A DNA stretch of 64,000 bases from Sedimentisphaerales bacterium (GCA_963708075.1 OY970194.1:3296001-3360000); one strand, 5' to 3'. Shown: positions 37,394-46,555, counted from the first letter of the stretch. A program made the numbers and translations. The notes: a model not told the origin generated them from the letters alone.

Positions 37394-40300
37394 AGAACAA
37401 CTCCCTGCGGAGGCATCGGTGCAAAGATCGGCGTGCGTCTGCGCGGCGGCCACGACAGGAGCAGCACAGACACCAGAGTGAGCGCCGCTGCGAACACAAC
37501 CTCCTCCTGGTTGAACGCGCCGAACAACTGCTCCAGGGCCGGGCCGACCTGGTTCTGCTGGATAAAGTCAACGACTTTCTGAACCTCTTCGGTGGACAAG
37601 GCGGAGCCGCGGAACAACTGGATGGCCCAGAAGAACCCGGCCAAGCCGAGAACGGACCGAATCAGGTGCATGGGCCCGGATCTTCGCCGGCCGATCATGA
37701 TGAAGATCGCCGCGAAGAACAGCAGAAGGAGAATCAGCACGGTCCCGATCTGTTCGACGGCCGCGGGCCACTCGGCGCCGAGGGCCTGCTGCAACTGGAC
37801 TACCGGGTCCGTATCCGGCCATGCCTGGGCCGCCACGGCAGGCAGATGGAGCCCGATAGCCAGGCCGATCAAAAGCGCCGCAAAGGCCAGGATATGACCG
37901 ATAGCAGCGAACAATCCGCCGATGGGGTTCCACGGCTCGTACACTGACCCTGTGCTCGCGTAGGACGCCCAGGACGGCGGCTGATAGGCCACGGGTTGCG
38001 GCTGAGGCGCAGGCGTCGGCTCCACGGCTTTGGCCGGCTCAACTTGTGCTGCCGCCACAGGCGGCTGCGGCGTTGCCACGGCAGGCTGTGCACCGCCCTG
38101 GACGGCAGCCATGAGGGCCTCACTTTGGCCACCCCAATTGACCAGCGGCAGATCGTCTCTGTCCTTGAACTGCCCCACGGCGATCAAGATGATGTCGACC
38201 AGAGTGCCGATCCCAAACATTCCCCAGGTGAACAGCCAGAGGATGCCCGTCCCGATCTTCCCCACGTAGAACCGGTGCAAGCCGGCGACCGGCACAAAGG
38301 GGATGAATGAGACCAGAGCCAGGAGCAGGGCCGTGGTGCGCTTGCACGGAGAGACCGGACCGGACGCGGCTTCCGTCGGCCCAATGGGGCGAGGCAGTCT
38401 CGCCACGCTCACATCCGGGGCCCCGAACAAACGTGCCGGCAGAAATAGGATCACTATGAACACGATATTCGGAAAGATAATGAAGAACAACGCAACGGCC
38501 GCATCTTCATTCTGCAATCCCAGGGTGCCCATGAGGATGGATGCCGTTACGCTGGCCTGCACGCAAACCATGAGCAGTGCCGGGCGGATGAGATAGCGGT
38601 ACCAGCCCGCAAAGGTCCTGCGGAACATCATGATGAAACAGAAGATCGACAGGATCAGACAGTCCACTCCGAATGCCACCGTGATTCCGAAATCGTCCCC
38701 ATGCATCGACGTGCCCGCCAGGATCACTCCTATCAGGCCGGCGCTCAGACTGGCCAGCCAGCCGACCAACCACAGGGGACGCGTAAACGACGGCACATAG
38801 CGGATGGCCGTGCTGCTTTGGCCTGTTCCCGGCATGACAGCGGGCGGCTTTTCCTGCCCGGCCTCTGCTGTCACAGGTACATTCACAACAACCTGGCCGA
38901 ACGGACTCAGGGTCTGAACCACCAGGTAGGCGCCGGCCAGCGTGCAGGCGGCTACGATCGGCTCCAGGCCGAATATCCCTCCCGCCACAAGACCCAACAG
39001 GCCAATGAAGAACGCGCGGCCCACCTCCACTCTGCGCGGACGCTGCGGGTTGGTCGCCGCGAACCAGTCCACTAGCAGCAACGGGAGAGCCAGGGCCAGC
39101 ACTTTGCCTCCCCAGGCCTGCAGGAACCATCGCATGTCCGGGAACCACCTGAACCAGCGGAATCCGCCATGAGCCTCGAAGGGACTGGCGCCGAAGATTT
39201 GCCCGATCATGGTGCCCATCAGCGCTGCTACAAAACCCGCCAAGAAACAGGTGCCCGCCTTACCTATCCACTTGGTGTCCTGATCCAATCCGGGCCACCA
39301 GTGAAAACGCCCATGAAGGATGACACGTGCGGCCACGCCAACCATGACAAAGACGGCGATCATGATGCCGTACATCGCTTCGCCGCCGTGGCCTGCAAGG
39401 AAGCCGGCTCCCAAGGCTATCGCCAACATCACAATCAAGGCCAGCTTCCGCCTCTGGCGAGGGCTGACCGGATCCGCCACCTGGGGCTGTCCGGCCTGAC
39501 GTGTACGCTCTTTGGCATTCTTGAGCTTCTCCTGCCATCTCTCGCCGATGATTTCGGCTTTCTTGGCGAACTGCTCCGCCTTCCTGGCGAATAGCTCAGC
39601 CTTTTTGCCGAGTTCCTTGCTGAAGTCCTTCTCGACTCCCGGCGTCTGTGCGGCAGCCTGAGCCCGAGCGCCACGGACTTTCTCGGCGACGTGCGCCGCC
39701 ACGATGGACAGCTCCTCGGGCGCGAACTGGGACACACTGTTGCGAATCTGCTCGGCGCCGAAAACGTCCTCGACCATCTCCTGGACCGTCTGGTATCGCT
39801 CGGCCGGGTCCTTGGCCAACGCCCGGCGAATGACGCGGGCGAACGGCTCATCGATATTGCTCAGGTCCGGGGCGGCCGTCATGTGCTTCATCAGGATTTC
39901 CGCCGGGCTGGACCCGAGGAACGGAACCTGGCCCGTCAGCATCTCATAGAGCAGAATGCCGAGGGCGTAGATATCGACGCTGCGGTCGTACTTGCCCGCG
40001 CCGATTTCCGGGGCCATGTAATGCACGGTGCCCACCGTGATGGTATGACTGACATGATGGCTGGTGCTGATCGCCTTGGTCAGGCCATAGTCGCCGATCT
40101 TTACATAGCCGTTCTCATAGAAGATATTGCCCGGCTTGAGGTCGCGGTGCACGATGCCGCACTCATGCAGATACGACAGGCCCTTGCCGATCTCGCGCAG
40201 GAAGAAGGCCGCCTTCTGGGTCCCCAACCCGCCGTGCGATTCCTTGAGCAAATCGCTCAATGCCGGCCCCGAGACGTACTCCATGATGACGAACGGTCGG

Positions 40301-40545
40301 CCCTTGTCGTTGTACTTGACATCGAAGATCGTGACCAGGTGCGGGCTCTTGAGGTTCATGCACTGGCTGATGCCGCGCAGCTCGATCTGCTCGTAGGTTT
40401 GGACGGCCTTCAAGGCCACCTGGCGGCCGCTGTCGCTGATGGCATAGTAGACCTCGCCGAACCCGCCGCGTCCTGCCGCCCGTTGAATGGTGAAGCCTTC
40501 AAGCGGCCGATCTCCATATTTGTACTGGTACGTGTCCATTGTCAT
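37390..40545 (-). CDS. Hanks-type Ser/Thr protein kinase fused to a polytopic membrane region containing a TM2 domain
   Basis: GRGGFGEVY, VALK, HRDLKPGN, DYG, GTVHYMAPE; TM2 signature GLHRFYVGKIGTGILWLFTWGMFGIGTLVD; more than 10 hydrophobic helices. Confidence 0.92.
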   Translation of the reverse strand: MTMDTYQYKYGDRPLEGFTIQRAAGRGGFGEVYYAISDSGRQVALKAVQTYEQIELRGISQCMNLKSPHLVTIFDVKYNDKGRPFVIMEYVSGPALSDLLKESHGGLGTQKAAFFLREIGKGLSYLHECGIVHRDLKPGNIFYENGYVKIGDYGLTKAISTSHHVSHTITVGTVHYMAPEIGAGKYDRSVDIYALGILLYEMLTGQVPFLGSSPAEILMKHMTAAPDLSNIDEPFARVIRRALAKDPAERYQTVQEMVEDVFGAEQIRNSVSQFAPEELSIVAAHVAEKVRGARAQAAAQTPGVEKDFSKELGKKAELFARKAEQFAKKAEIIGERWQEKLKNAKERTRQAGQPQVADPVSPRQRRKLALIVMLAIALGAGFLAGHGGEAMYGIMIAVFVMVGVAARVILHGRFHWWPGLDQDTKWIGKAGTCFLAGFVAALMGTMIGQIFGASPFEAHGGFRWFRWFPDMRWFLQAWGGKVLALALPLLLVDWFAATNPQRPRRVEVGRAFFIGLLGLVAGGIFGLEPIVAACTLAGAYLVVQTLSPFGQVVVNVPVTAEAGQEKPPAVMPGTGQSSTAIRYVPSFTRPLWLVGWLASLSAGLIGVILAGTSMHGDDFGITVAFGVDCLILSIFCFIMMFRRTFAGWYRYLIRPALLMVCVQASVTASILMGTLGLQNEDAAVALFFIIFPNIVFIVILFLPARLFGAPDVSVARLPRPIGPTEAASGPVSPCKRTTALLLALVSFIPFVPVAGLHRFYVGKIGTGILWLFTWGMFGIGTLVDIILIAVGQFKDRDDLPLVNWGGQSEALMAAVQGGAQPAVATPQPPVAAAQVEPAKAVEPTPAPQPQPVAYQPPSWASYASTGSVYEPWNPIGGLFAAIGHILAFAALLIGLAIGLHLPAVAAQAWPDTDPVVQLQQALGAEWPAAVEQIGTVLILLLLFFAAIFIMIGRRRSGPMHLIRSVLGLAGFFWAIQLFRGSALSTEEVQKVVDFIQQNQVGPALEQLFGAFNQEEVVFAAALTLVSVLLLSWPPRRRTPIFAPMPPQGVVL

Positions 40546-40574
40546 TTCGCCGGATTACTTCAACACGTCTATAT

Positions 40575-42167
40575 TCACTCCCCGAGCCTTGCCACAACCA
40601 TCGATAGCCTGCCGATCTTGACAGGCTTGTCCATGGCAAGACCCACGTTTGGGTCAAAACTGGCCCCATCGACAAGTATATCGTCCCTGGTCCGGCAAAG
40701 CAGCCGGCCATTTTGAGCAAATAGCGCCACAGGGTCCTTCACCTGCTCGGTCCGGATGTGATCGTTGGCGTATGGCCCGATCAGGATATCGCGATCCATG
40801 AGAATCAGTTGGCGGATGTCCGGCCGGCTCAGCCGGGCGCCGGAGACCGTCAGGACGGCGGTCGTGCTCGCCGGATTTGGAAGCTGGAATCGGATGCGAC
40901 ACCGTGGCGATAAGGCGATCCGGTCACCATCGCCAAGCAACTTCTCACTGACAGACTGGCCGTTCACGTCGATCGGCGTCTGCGACCGGATGAAGTAGTC
41001 GCCCTCGACCCGCTCCAGCACGACGACAGGCAGATTCGGATCGGCAATCAGCGCCAGCATTGGCCGGCTGGAAGAGCTGATCGGCCCAACCGTAAGGCGA
41101 GCGTCCCGGAAAACTACAAAGCTCCCGACGCCGTCGATCTGCAGGACGAATTTCGCGGGCATATCTCCTGCCTCCGAGTTTCCCAATTGCGGATTGCGGA
41201 TTGCGGATTGCGGATTGGTAGCGCCCGCCGGTTCTACTCCGCACTCCGCATTCCGCATTCCGCATTTCGAATCACCGGTCGCCGCCAAACCAAGGGGCCC
41301 CGCATCCAGCTCGTCGTATGCCTCGGCGGCCCGCTTGGTGTCGGAGATCGCGGCATCCAGCCATCGTGCCGATGGGCAGACCGCTTTCACCTTGCGAAGA
41401 AGCGGCAGCGCCATGCCTGGCTTGCCCGCCATGACGTGCTGAGCCGCCTGGCGGCACCAGGCCAGCGCGTCACTGAGTTCCGCCACATCCGTCCCATCCT
41501 TGCCAAGCGGCTGTAACCGCAAGAGGAGTGAACGCGCCCGGTCAACGCGTCCTTGTTCGAGATCACTCCGGATGCGCTCGACGGCTCGGGTGCGAATCTG
41601 GCGAAGCAGCTCGCCCGCCCGGCCGTTGCGGCTCTGTGCGATCACCGTGCCACGGGCGATGTCGATCGCTTCTTCGACATCTCCTTTATTCAGGGCCTGC
41701 TCGGCCTTGCCGACAGCGTCCTCGGTCTTCAGCCGGGCCGCCGCCAGCTCCTGGCGAACCAGCTCCGCCCGACCATCGCCGGCGGGCGCCTCATCCAGAA
41801 TCCGCCCGCCGACGGAGAGCCAGCCGTTCTCGATGTGCTGTTTTGCCTGCTCGACCCGCAATGCGTCATGCTGCCGGGCCTGCTGGTCCTGGACGATGGC
41901 GTTGCAGACAGCCGCACGGAGTTGGGCAATCTCGGGCAGGGTCCCCGCAAGCTTCTCCGCCTTGTTGCAGTCGGTCAATGCCGGCTGGAAGCGGCTGCCG
42001 GCCAGGTTCTCCTGCCCTCGCTGCACCAGCGCCCGGGCGAGCCGGCCGATGAGCTTCTGACCGTGACGGTGCCGTCGAATCTCGTCCGTCTGGGCGATCT
42101 CGAAAGCCTCATCGAGCCGGCCGTCTGCCAACGCACATTCCGCTTGTCTGATTCGCAGGATTAACAC
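40575..42167 (-). CDS. Helical-repeat (TPR-like) protein with C-terminal FHA-like domain(s)
   Basis: Repeated helical units (ALADGRLDEA, ALNKGDVEEA, DLEQGRVDRA); C-terminal LTVG...IDVNG...LLGDGDRIAL beta-sandwich pattern. Confidence 0.72.
   Translation of the reverse strand: MLILRIRQAECALADGRLDEAFEIAQTDEIRRHRHGQKLIGRLARALVQRGQENLAGSRFQPALTDCNKAEKLAGTLPEIAQLRAAVCNAIVQDQQARQHDALRVEQAKQHIENGWLSVGGRILDEAPAGDGRAELVRQELAAARLKTEDAVGKAEQALNKGDVEEAIDIARGTVIAQSRNGRAGELLRQIRTRAVERIRSDLEQGRVDRARSLLLRLQPLGKDGTDVAELSDALAWCRQAAQHVMAGKPGMALPLLRKVKAVCPSARWLDAAISDTKRAAEAYDELDAGPLGLAATGDSKCGMRNAECGVEPAGATNPQSAIRNPQLGNSEAGDMPAKFVLQIDGVGSFVVFRDARLTVGPISSSSRPMLALIADPNLPVVVLERVEGDYFIRSQTPIDVNGQSVSEKLLGDGDRIALSPRCRIRFQLPNPASTTAVLTVSGARLSRPDIRQLILMDRDILIGPYANDHIRTEQVKDPVALFAQNGRLLCRTRDDILVDGASFDPNVGLAMDKPVKIGRLSMVVARLGE
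41185..41273. repeat. Heptamer-period inverted repeat in frame in the TPR-FHA linker
   Basis: (attgcgg)x4, spacer, (actccgc)2(attccgc)2; encodes CGMRNAECG...NPQSAIRNPQ. Confidence 0.88.
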
Positions 42168-42178
42168 GGCAGCACTCC

Positions 42179-42241
42179 ATTGATTATTGATGATTGATTA
42201 TTGACGGTTAATCATCAATTATCAATCATCCATCATCAATC
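42179..42241. repeat. AT-rich heptamer-period inverted repeat filling the intergenic gap
   Basis: attgatt attgatg attgatt attgacg ... atcaatt atcaatc atccatc atcaatc. Confidence 0.85.
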
Positions 42242-43087
42242 TTATAGCGACGATTCCTCGTGCTCGACCATCGTCACAGCGGCGGCTTCATTGCCGGCGG
42301 TCTTCTCGGTGCGGGCCTTGAAGTAATCATCCACTTGGGCGACAAGGTCCTCTTCGACGACGGTATCCACCGGGATCGACTCGACGAATCGGCTCTCGTG
42401 AGCCAGAACGCGCTCCGCGACATCCAGGCGTTTTTGAATCTGGGCGATGAGCTTCTCGGTCTGGGCCAGTTTGCTGTTGTCCACCTGGATCCTCGAGCCG
42501 GTGGAGGCAGCCTTGACAAGCCGGTACTGGCCGGCCAGGGCTTCGATCCGACTCTCAAGAATCCGCTTCTCGCTGGTGGTCTTCGCCAGCAACTGGCGGG
42601 CGGCGTCGAGGGACTTCTCACGCGACTCCAGGAGCCGAACCTTGCTGGCCATGACCACTTCGCTCTCCTTATACCGCTCGAACCTCGTGGCCAGGTCGTG
42701 TTTTACCTCATCATGCGAATAGGTCCGCCCGGCGAAGGAGTACTGCAGTCTCGGCTGCTCCAGCGTCACCCGCAAGGTCTTGATCTTCGACTGCTCACCT
42801 TCGAGACCTTCCCTGTTCTTGGCGATCTCGCCCTTCAAGGCGGCGACCTCGACCTCTTCCTCGGCGATCAGACGGATATTCGTCTGCATCTCGGGGATGA
42901 TCTCCTCCAGGAGGTCCCTGGCCCGCCGAAGCTCGAACTCGATGGGGACCGTGTCCTTGACGGCCGTCCGGACGCCCTTGGCCGAGCTCTTGACGTAACT
43001 GACCGCGTCCCTGCCGAACAACAGACCGCCCAGCAATCCGAAGCCGGCGACACTGATGACCCCTAACTTCACCCATTTCATGATCAT
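42242..43087 (-). CDS. N-terminally anchored long coiled-coil protein (PspA/IM30-like, tentative)
   Basis: AAGGAG RBS; N-terminal TM/signal; about 200 aa of heptad helices; acidic tail VEEDLVAQVDDYF. Confidence 0.75.
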   Translation of the reverse strand: MIMKWVKLGVISVAGFGLLGGLLFGRDAVSYVKSSAKGVRTAVKDTVPIEFELRRARDLLEEIIPEMQTNIRLIAEEEVEVAALKGEIAKNREGLEGEQSKIKTLRVTLEQPRLQYSFAGRTYSHDEVKHDLATRFERYKESEVVMASKVRLLESREKSLDAARQLLAKTTSEKRILESRIEALAGQYRLVKAASTGSRIQVDNSKLAQTEKLIAQIQKRLDVAERVLAHESRFVESIPVDTVVEEDLVAQVDDYFKARTEKTAGNEAAAVTMVEHEESSL

Positions 43088-43107
43088 GGTACAGCTCCTT
43101 AATTCGC

Positions 43108-43136
43108 GGTGGAGACTCTTATCTCGCGTCTCTACC
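43108..43136. repeat. REP-like hairpin (GTAGAGAC family)
   Basis: ggtggagac-N11-gtctctacc; related copies at 51542-51571 and 17939-17962. Confidence 0.6.
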
Positions 43137-43333
43137 CAACCCCACTTATGGACTTATCACGGCCACACACGGGCCACATTAGGTTGGTCGGGCGCCACAC
43201 CCCTTTATTGCGGCAGGAAATGAACATTTCTGGCAGCCAGGCAGAGCAACTCCCACCGGAGCACGAGGCCCCCGTGCTGTGTGCAAGTTCAATAAAGACA
43301 AGGTCTTAGGAGAAGCGATGGGTGGGCAATGGC

Positions 43334-43422
43334 GGGTGGCAGAGGCAAGCGTCGGCTTGCCGATGGTCGTTTCCGCATACAAGCAACCATCGGCAAGCCC
43401 TTCGGCCTTGCCGCTGCCACCC
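43334..43422. repeat. REP-like inverted doublet (GGGTGGCAGCGGCAAG family)
   Basis: gggtggcagaggcaagc..gcttgccgatgg ... ccatcggcaag..cttgccgctgccaccc. Confidence 0.8.
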
Positions 43423-43554
43423 GGAGAATGCATCGCCCGCCACAGTCCTTCTAAGGGATTTGCTCAATTGGCGCAGTTTATTCGGCATCAGAGTGAAACA
43501 TTCCGGCTTGTCGCGTCTTCAGTATATGTGAGAACACCGCGGTGAACCGGCTGG

Positions 43555-43609
43555 TTTGTAGTGTGCCCGTAAGGGCATCGAAAGAAACGCCTCACGGCGT
43601 CACTACAAA
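43555..43609. repeat. REP-like inverted doublet (GTAGTG family)
   Basis: tttgtagtg-tgccc gtaa gggca ... acgcc tcac ggcgt-cactacaaa. Confidence 0.72.
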
Positions 43610-43725
43610 TAGCGCAAGTTGAACTTGCCGGCGGGCAAAATCGGCCGGCGGCGTGACTCACAGGGCCCGAACTGCCTTACCTATGTGAAACCGGATATGA
43701 ACCCATTTTCATGGAGGACCGAGCC

Positions 43726-44031
43726 ATGAAACGGATCACCGTAAACGACAGATGGCAGATCAAGCAACTCCTGTACGGCAATAACGTTTTGGGCGTAAGA
43801 GACGACAACTGCCAAGCCTTTGGCGGCTTTCAACTCTGGTGGTACGACAAGCAGCACGGGACTTGCCATTGCTGCCAGTCCAGTTGGGTGGACTTGAGAA
43901 GACAGATCACCGAGTGCAGCCTGGACCAGGCCGCCGATGCCCTCTGGCGCCATCGCGATGAACTGTTCGTCCGCAGCAGGCAACTCTCCCAGGACCGAAG
44001 GCTCCTGCTCATGACCCAGTTATGCAACTGA
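43726..44031 (+). CDS. Hypothetical protein
   Basis: GGAGG RBS before ATG 43726; Trp/Cys-rich, about 100 aa. Confidence 0.6.
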   Translation: MKRITVNDRWQIKQLLYGNNVLGVRDDNCQAFGGFQLWWYDKQHGTCHCCQSSWVDLRRQITECSLDQAADALWRHRDELFVRSRQLSQDRRLLLMTQLCN

Positions 44032-44142
44032 GGTAGGAGGGCGGAGCAAGACTTACTGCGGCTTGCCGTGCCCTCTCACATCGGGTAACATTTCCCTTCC
44101 GTTCGAATCAAGGCCCGATACCGTGAACGAGGGAAATGTCTC

Positions 44143-44719
44143 ATGAAAGTTGTCGCATTCAACGGCAGTGCACGAAAAGACGGGAACACAGCTATTCTCG
44201 TCCGGCGAGTCTTCTCTGAGCTCGAAAAGGAAGGCATTGAGAACCGAGATGGTCCAATTGGCGGGCCAGACCATCCGTGGCTGCTCTGCCTGCGGCGGCT
44301 GCTACAAGAACAAGAACCACCGATGCGCCGTCGAGGGGGACATCATCAACGAGTGCATCGAGAAGATGCTGACCGCCGACGGCATCATCCTCGCCTCCCC
44401 CACCTACTTCGCCGACCTGACATCGGAAACCAAGGCCCTGATCGACCGATCCGGCTACGTCGCCCGCGCCAACGACGACATGCTCAAGCGCAAGGTCGGC
44501 GCCGCCGTAGTGGCGGTCCGTCGTGCCGGCGCCATGCACACCTTCGACTCCATCAACCACTTCTTTCTGATCAGCCAGATGATCATCCCAGGCTCGAGTT
44601 ACTGGAACATCGGCATCGGCCGTGCCAAAGGCGAAGTCGAGCACGACGAAGAGGGCCTGCGAACCATGCAAACCCTCGGCCAAAACATCGCCTGGCTGCT
44701 CAAGAAGCTGAACGCCTGA
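44143..44719 (+). pseudogene. Flavodoxin-fold iron-sulfur flavoprotein (WrbA/Isf-like) with a one-base frameshift near 44242
   Basis: [16 protein letters not shown] in one frame; CSACGGC...C, ASPTYF, KALIDR in the next; extra A in gagAaccgag. Confidence 0.85.
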
Positions 44720-44866
44720 CGACAATTCACAGAGGCAAGCTTGCGCCAATGGCATAAAGGAAACAAATACGACCGGTGCGGATTCCGATGCAGCCGCGCC
44801 CGTCTCGCCGATTCTCCACGGCCCCCTTCGTGGCCTACAGCAGACTCATGCAAGGGTTAAGAGCAC

Positions 44867-44929
44867 AGCGAACGGCGGCGGTGAACCTCGCCGCGTTTCG
44901 CGGCGTAGTGTTCCACCGCCTTGTTAGCC
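44867..44929 (-). mobile_element. Integron attC site (63 bp)
   Basis: Minus strand: R'' GGCTAAC, 5 nt, L'' GGTGGAAC, central stem CGCCGCG/CGCGGCG, L' GTTCACC, 6 nt, R' GTTCGCT; extra base in L''; the gene stop TAA lies in R''. Confidence 0.85.
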
Positions 44930-46507
44930 CGTAATCCTGCTTGCAGTGTGAGAGTCCAGAATCCATTTCGGCACATCCGAACCGTAATGCCAAGAGAACG
45001 GGTCCTTGGTCTTTCCGCAGTAGTCACCGATGGCCACAACACCACGTAGCACAAGTCGAATGGGGTCGAGCGACTCCATTGCATCGCACCTCATGCTACT
45101 GAACGAGAATGATGACGCAGCAGGCGTGGGTCCCGTTTCGTCCTCAAGAATCACGATAGCGGCCTTGCCGTCGTTTACGCTGTGCGCTTGCCATGAACGA
45201 GACTCTGATCGCGCTGCGGGGTGCTGCAAGAGCGTATCCATGATGAGTTGCAGATCAGTATCGCCGTTCGTGGCATGCAGAAGCCCCTCCAGGCCGCGGA
45301 AGCGGACGCGCGGTTCTTGGTCAGTCAAGAGTGTGAGCCTCGTTTTCACGGTGATCCTGTTGTCAGCGCCCCATACTGCGGCGGCAGTCTCTCGCACGCG
45401 CCAATCTTGATGTCGCGCGAGTATCCCGAATCTATGCGCCGCGTCATTGAAGGAGGCGTGACGAAGTTCCATGCCGGCCAAATGGGGGTCATTCGTGAAA
45501 ACGAGCCAGACAAAACGGGGTGCGCCCTCTGTCAGTCCGGCGAGCGACGTGGATGGGGTTATGAGGTAGCGGAGAAGGGCTTGGCCTCCCTTCAGGCGAT
45601 TCGGACTCCCTGCATACTCATTAAGGCAGTTGAAAACGTCCGAGTGAGGTCGTTTTGACTGTGCCAAGAGCAGGGCAGCGATGGCTCCGACTTCCGGTAC
45701 GGTGTGGGTCAGCCATTTCCTCAGGTATGCCCGAGCACTGGGTGCAATCTTGCGTCTGTTGAACGCTTCTGACAGTACCAGCGCACTCCCGATGGCGATT
45801 GCCGGATGGGTTGTGGCACTAAGCGCTTCTGTCGCAATCTTCAGATCAACATCCTTACCCTCTATCTTAGCCGACCACGCTGCGCGTTGCGCAGTCTCAA
45901 GGTCGGCTCGCAGTATTCCGCCGATGCAGTTGGTCAGGGCTCCGGCTGCCTGTCCAGACTCGCTCCGTATGGACTCAACGACCGCAAACATGCCAAGAGA
46001 GTCTGGGCGCGGAGATGGCAAGGCAGCGCCTTGGTCCTGCGGAATCTCCACCGGTTGCGGTGCGACGATGTCGCGGACAAGCTGGACCAGTTCACCCAAA
46101 GACGAACGGTATTGAAGATGCCAATGAAACTGCCTCAAACTGGCTGTGTCTACTCGCAGATCAGGGACGCTGCATGGTTCAAGCAGGACAGGCACCAGAG
46201 AAATGCTCGTCGGAGGTCGTTCGAGGGCGAGGTTGAGAGCCAATCGGTACTCACGTTGAACGTAGCCACGTTTCGTCACGGATCGGCTGGACAGAAAGAG
46301 CAAGATCACTCTGGCTTGAGCGATTCGCTCGCGAATTTCGTTGTCCCATTCCCGGCCGGGCTGAATGCCTTCTCGGTGCCACGCCCTTGGCGGGTCATCC
46401 ATCCATGGGTTGAGATCCGCTTTGCGCAGAGCACGATACACGCCTACGACGCGCCGCCGATCCTCTTTGGCGTAGCTCAGGAAAATGAGTGGCTTCGTGT
46501 GTAGCAT
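44924..46507 (-). CDS. TIR-domain protein with C-terminal helical (HEAT-like) region; gene cassette
   Basis: IFLSYAKED..PWMD..PGREWDNEI..LFLSSRS..YVQRE..LVPVLLEPC; later DWRVRETAA and DQEPRVRFRGLEGL. Confidence 0.88.
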   Translation of the reverse strand: MLHTKPLIFLSYAKEDRRRVVGVYRALRKADLNPWMDDPPRAWHREGIQPGREWDNEIRERIAQARVILLFLSSRSVTKRGYVQREYRLALNLALERPPTSISLVPVLLEPCSVPDLRVDTASLRQFHWHLQYRSSLGELVQLVRDIVAPQPVEIPQDQGAALPSPRPDSLGMFAVVESIRSESGQAAGALTNCIGGILRADLETAQRAAWSAKIEGKDVDLKIATEALSATTHPAIAIGSALVLSEAFNRRKIAPSARAYLRKWLTHTVPEVGAIAALLLAQSKRPHSDVFNCLNEYAGSPNRLKGGQALLRYLITPSTSLAGLTEGAPRFVWLVFTNDPHLAGMELRHASFNDAAHRFGILARHQDWRVRETAAAVWGADNRITVKTRLTLLTDQEPRVRFRGLEGLLHATNGDTDLQLIMDTLLQHPAARSESRSWQAHSVNDGKAAIVILEDETGPTPAASSFSFSSMRCDAMESLDPIRLVLRGVVAIGDYCGKTKDPFSWHYGSDVPKWILDSHTASRITG

Positions 46508-46520
46508 AGTGTTTCTTCTG

Positions 46521-46555
46521 GGCTAACGTCCCCGCGAACCCGCGGCGCGTTAGCC
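46521..46555 (-). mobile_element. Shortened attC-like site (35 bp)
   Basis: GGCTAACG-cg-CCGCG-ggtt-CGCGG-gga-CGTTAGCC; both core sites present, L''/centre apparently missing. Confidence 0.6.

Noticed and set aside
44599..44853. Third gene cassette downstream of the TIR attC
   Set aside because: Short ORF overlapping the flavoprotein gene on the opposite strand, with no closing attC.
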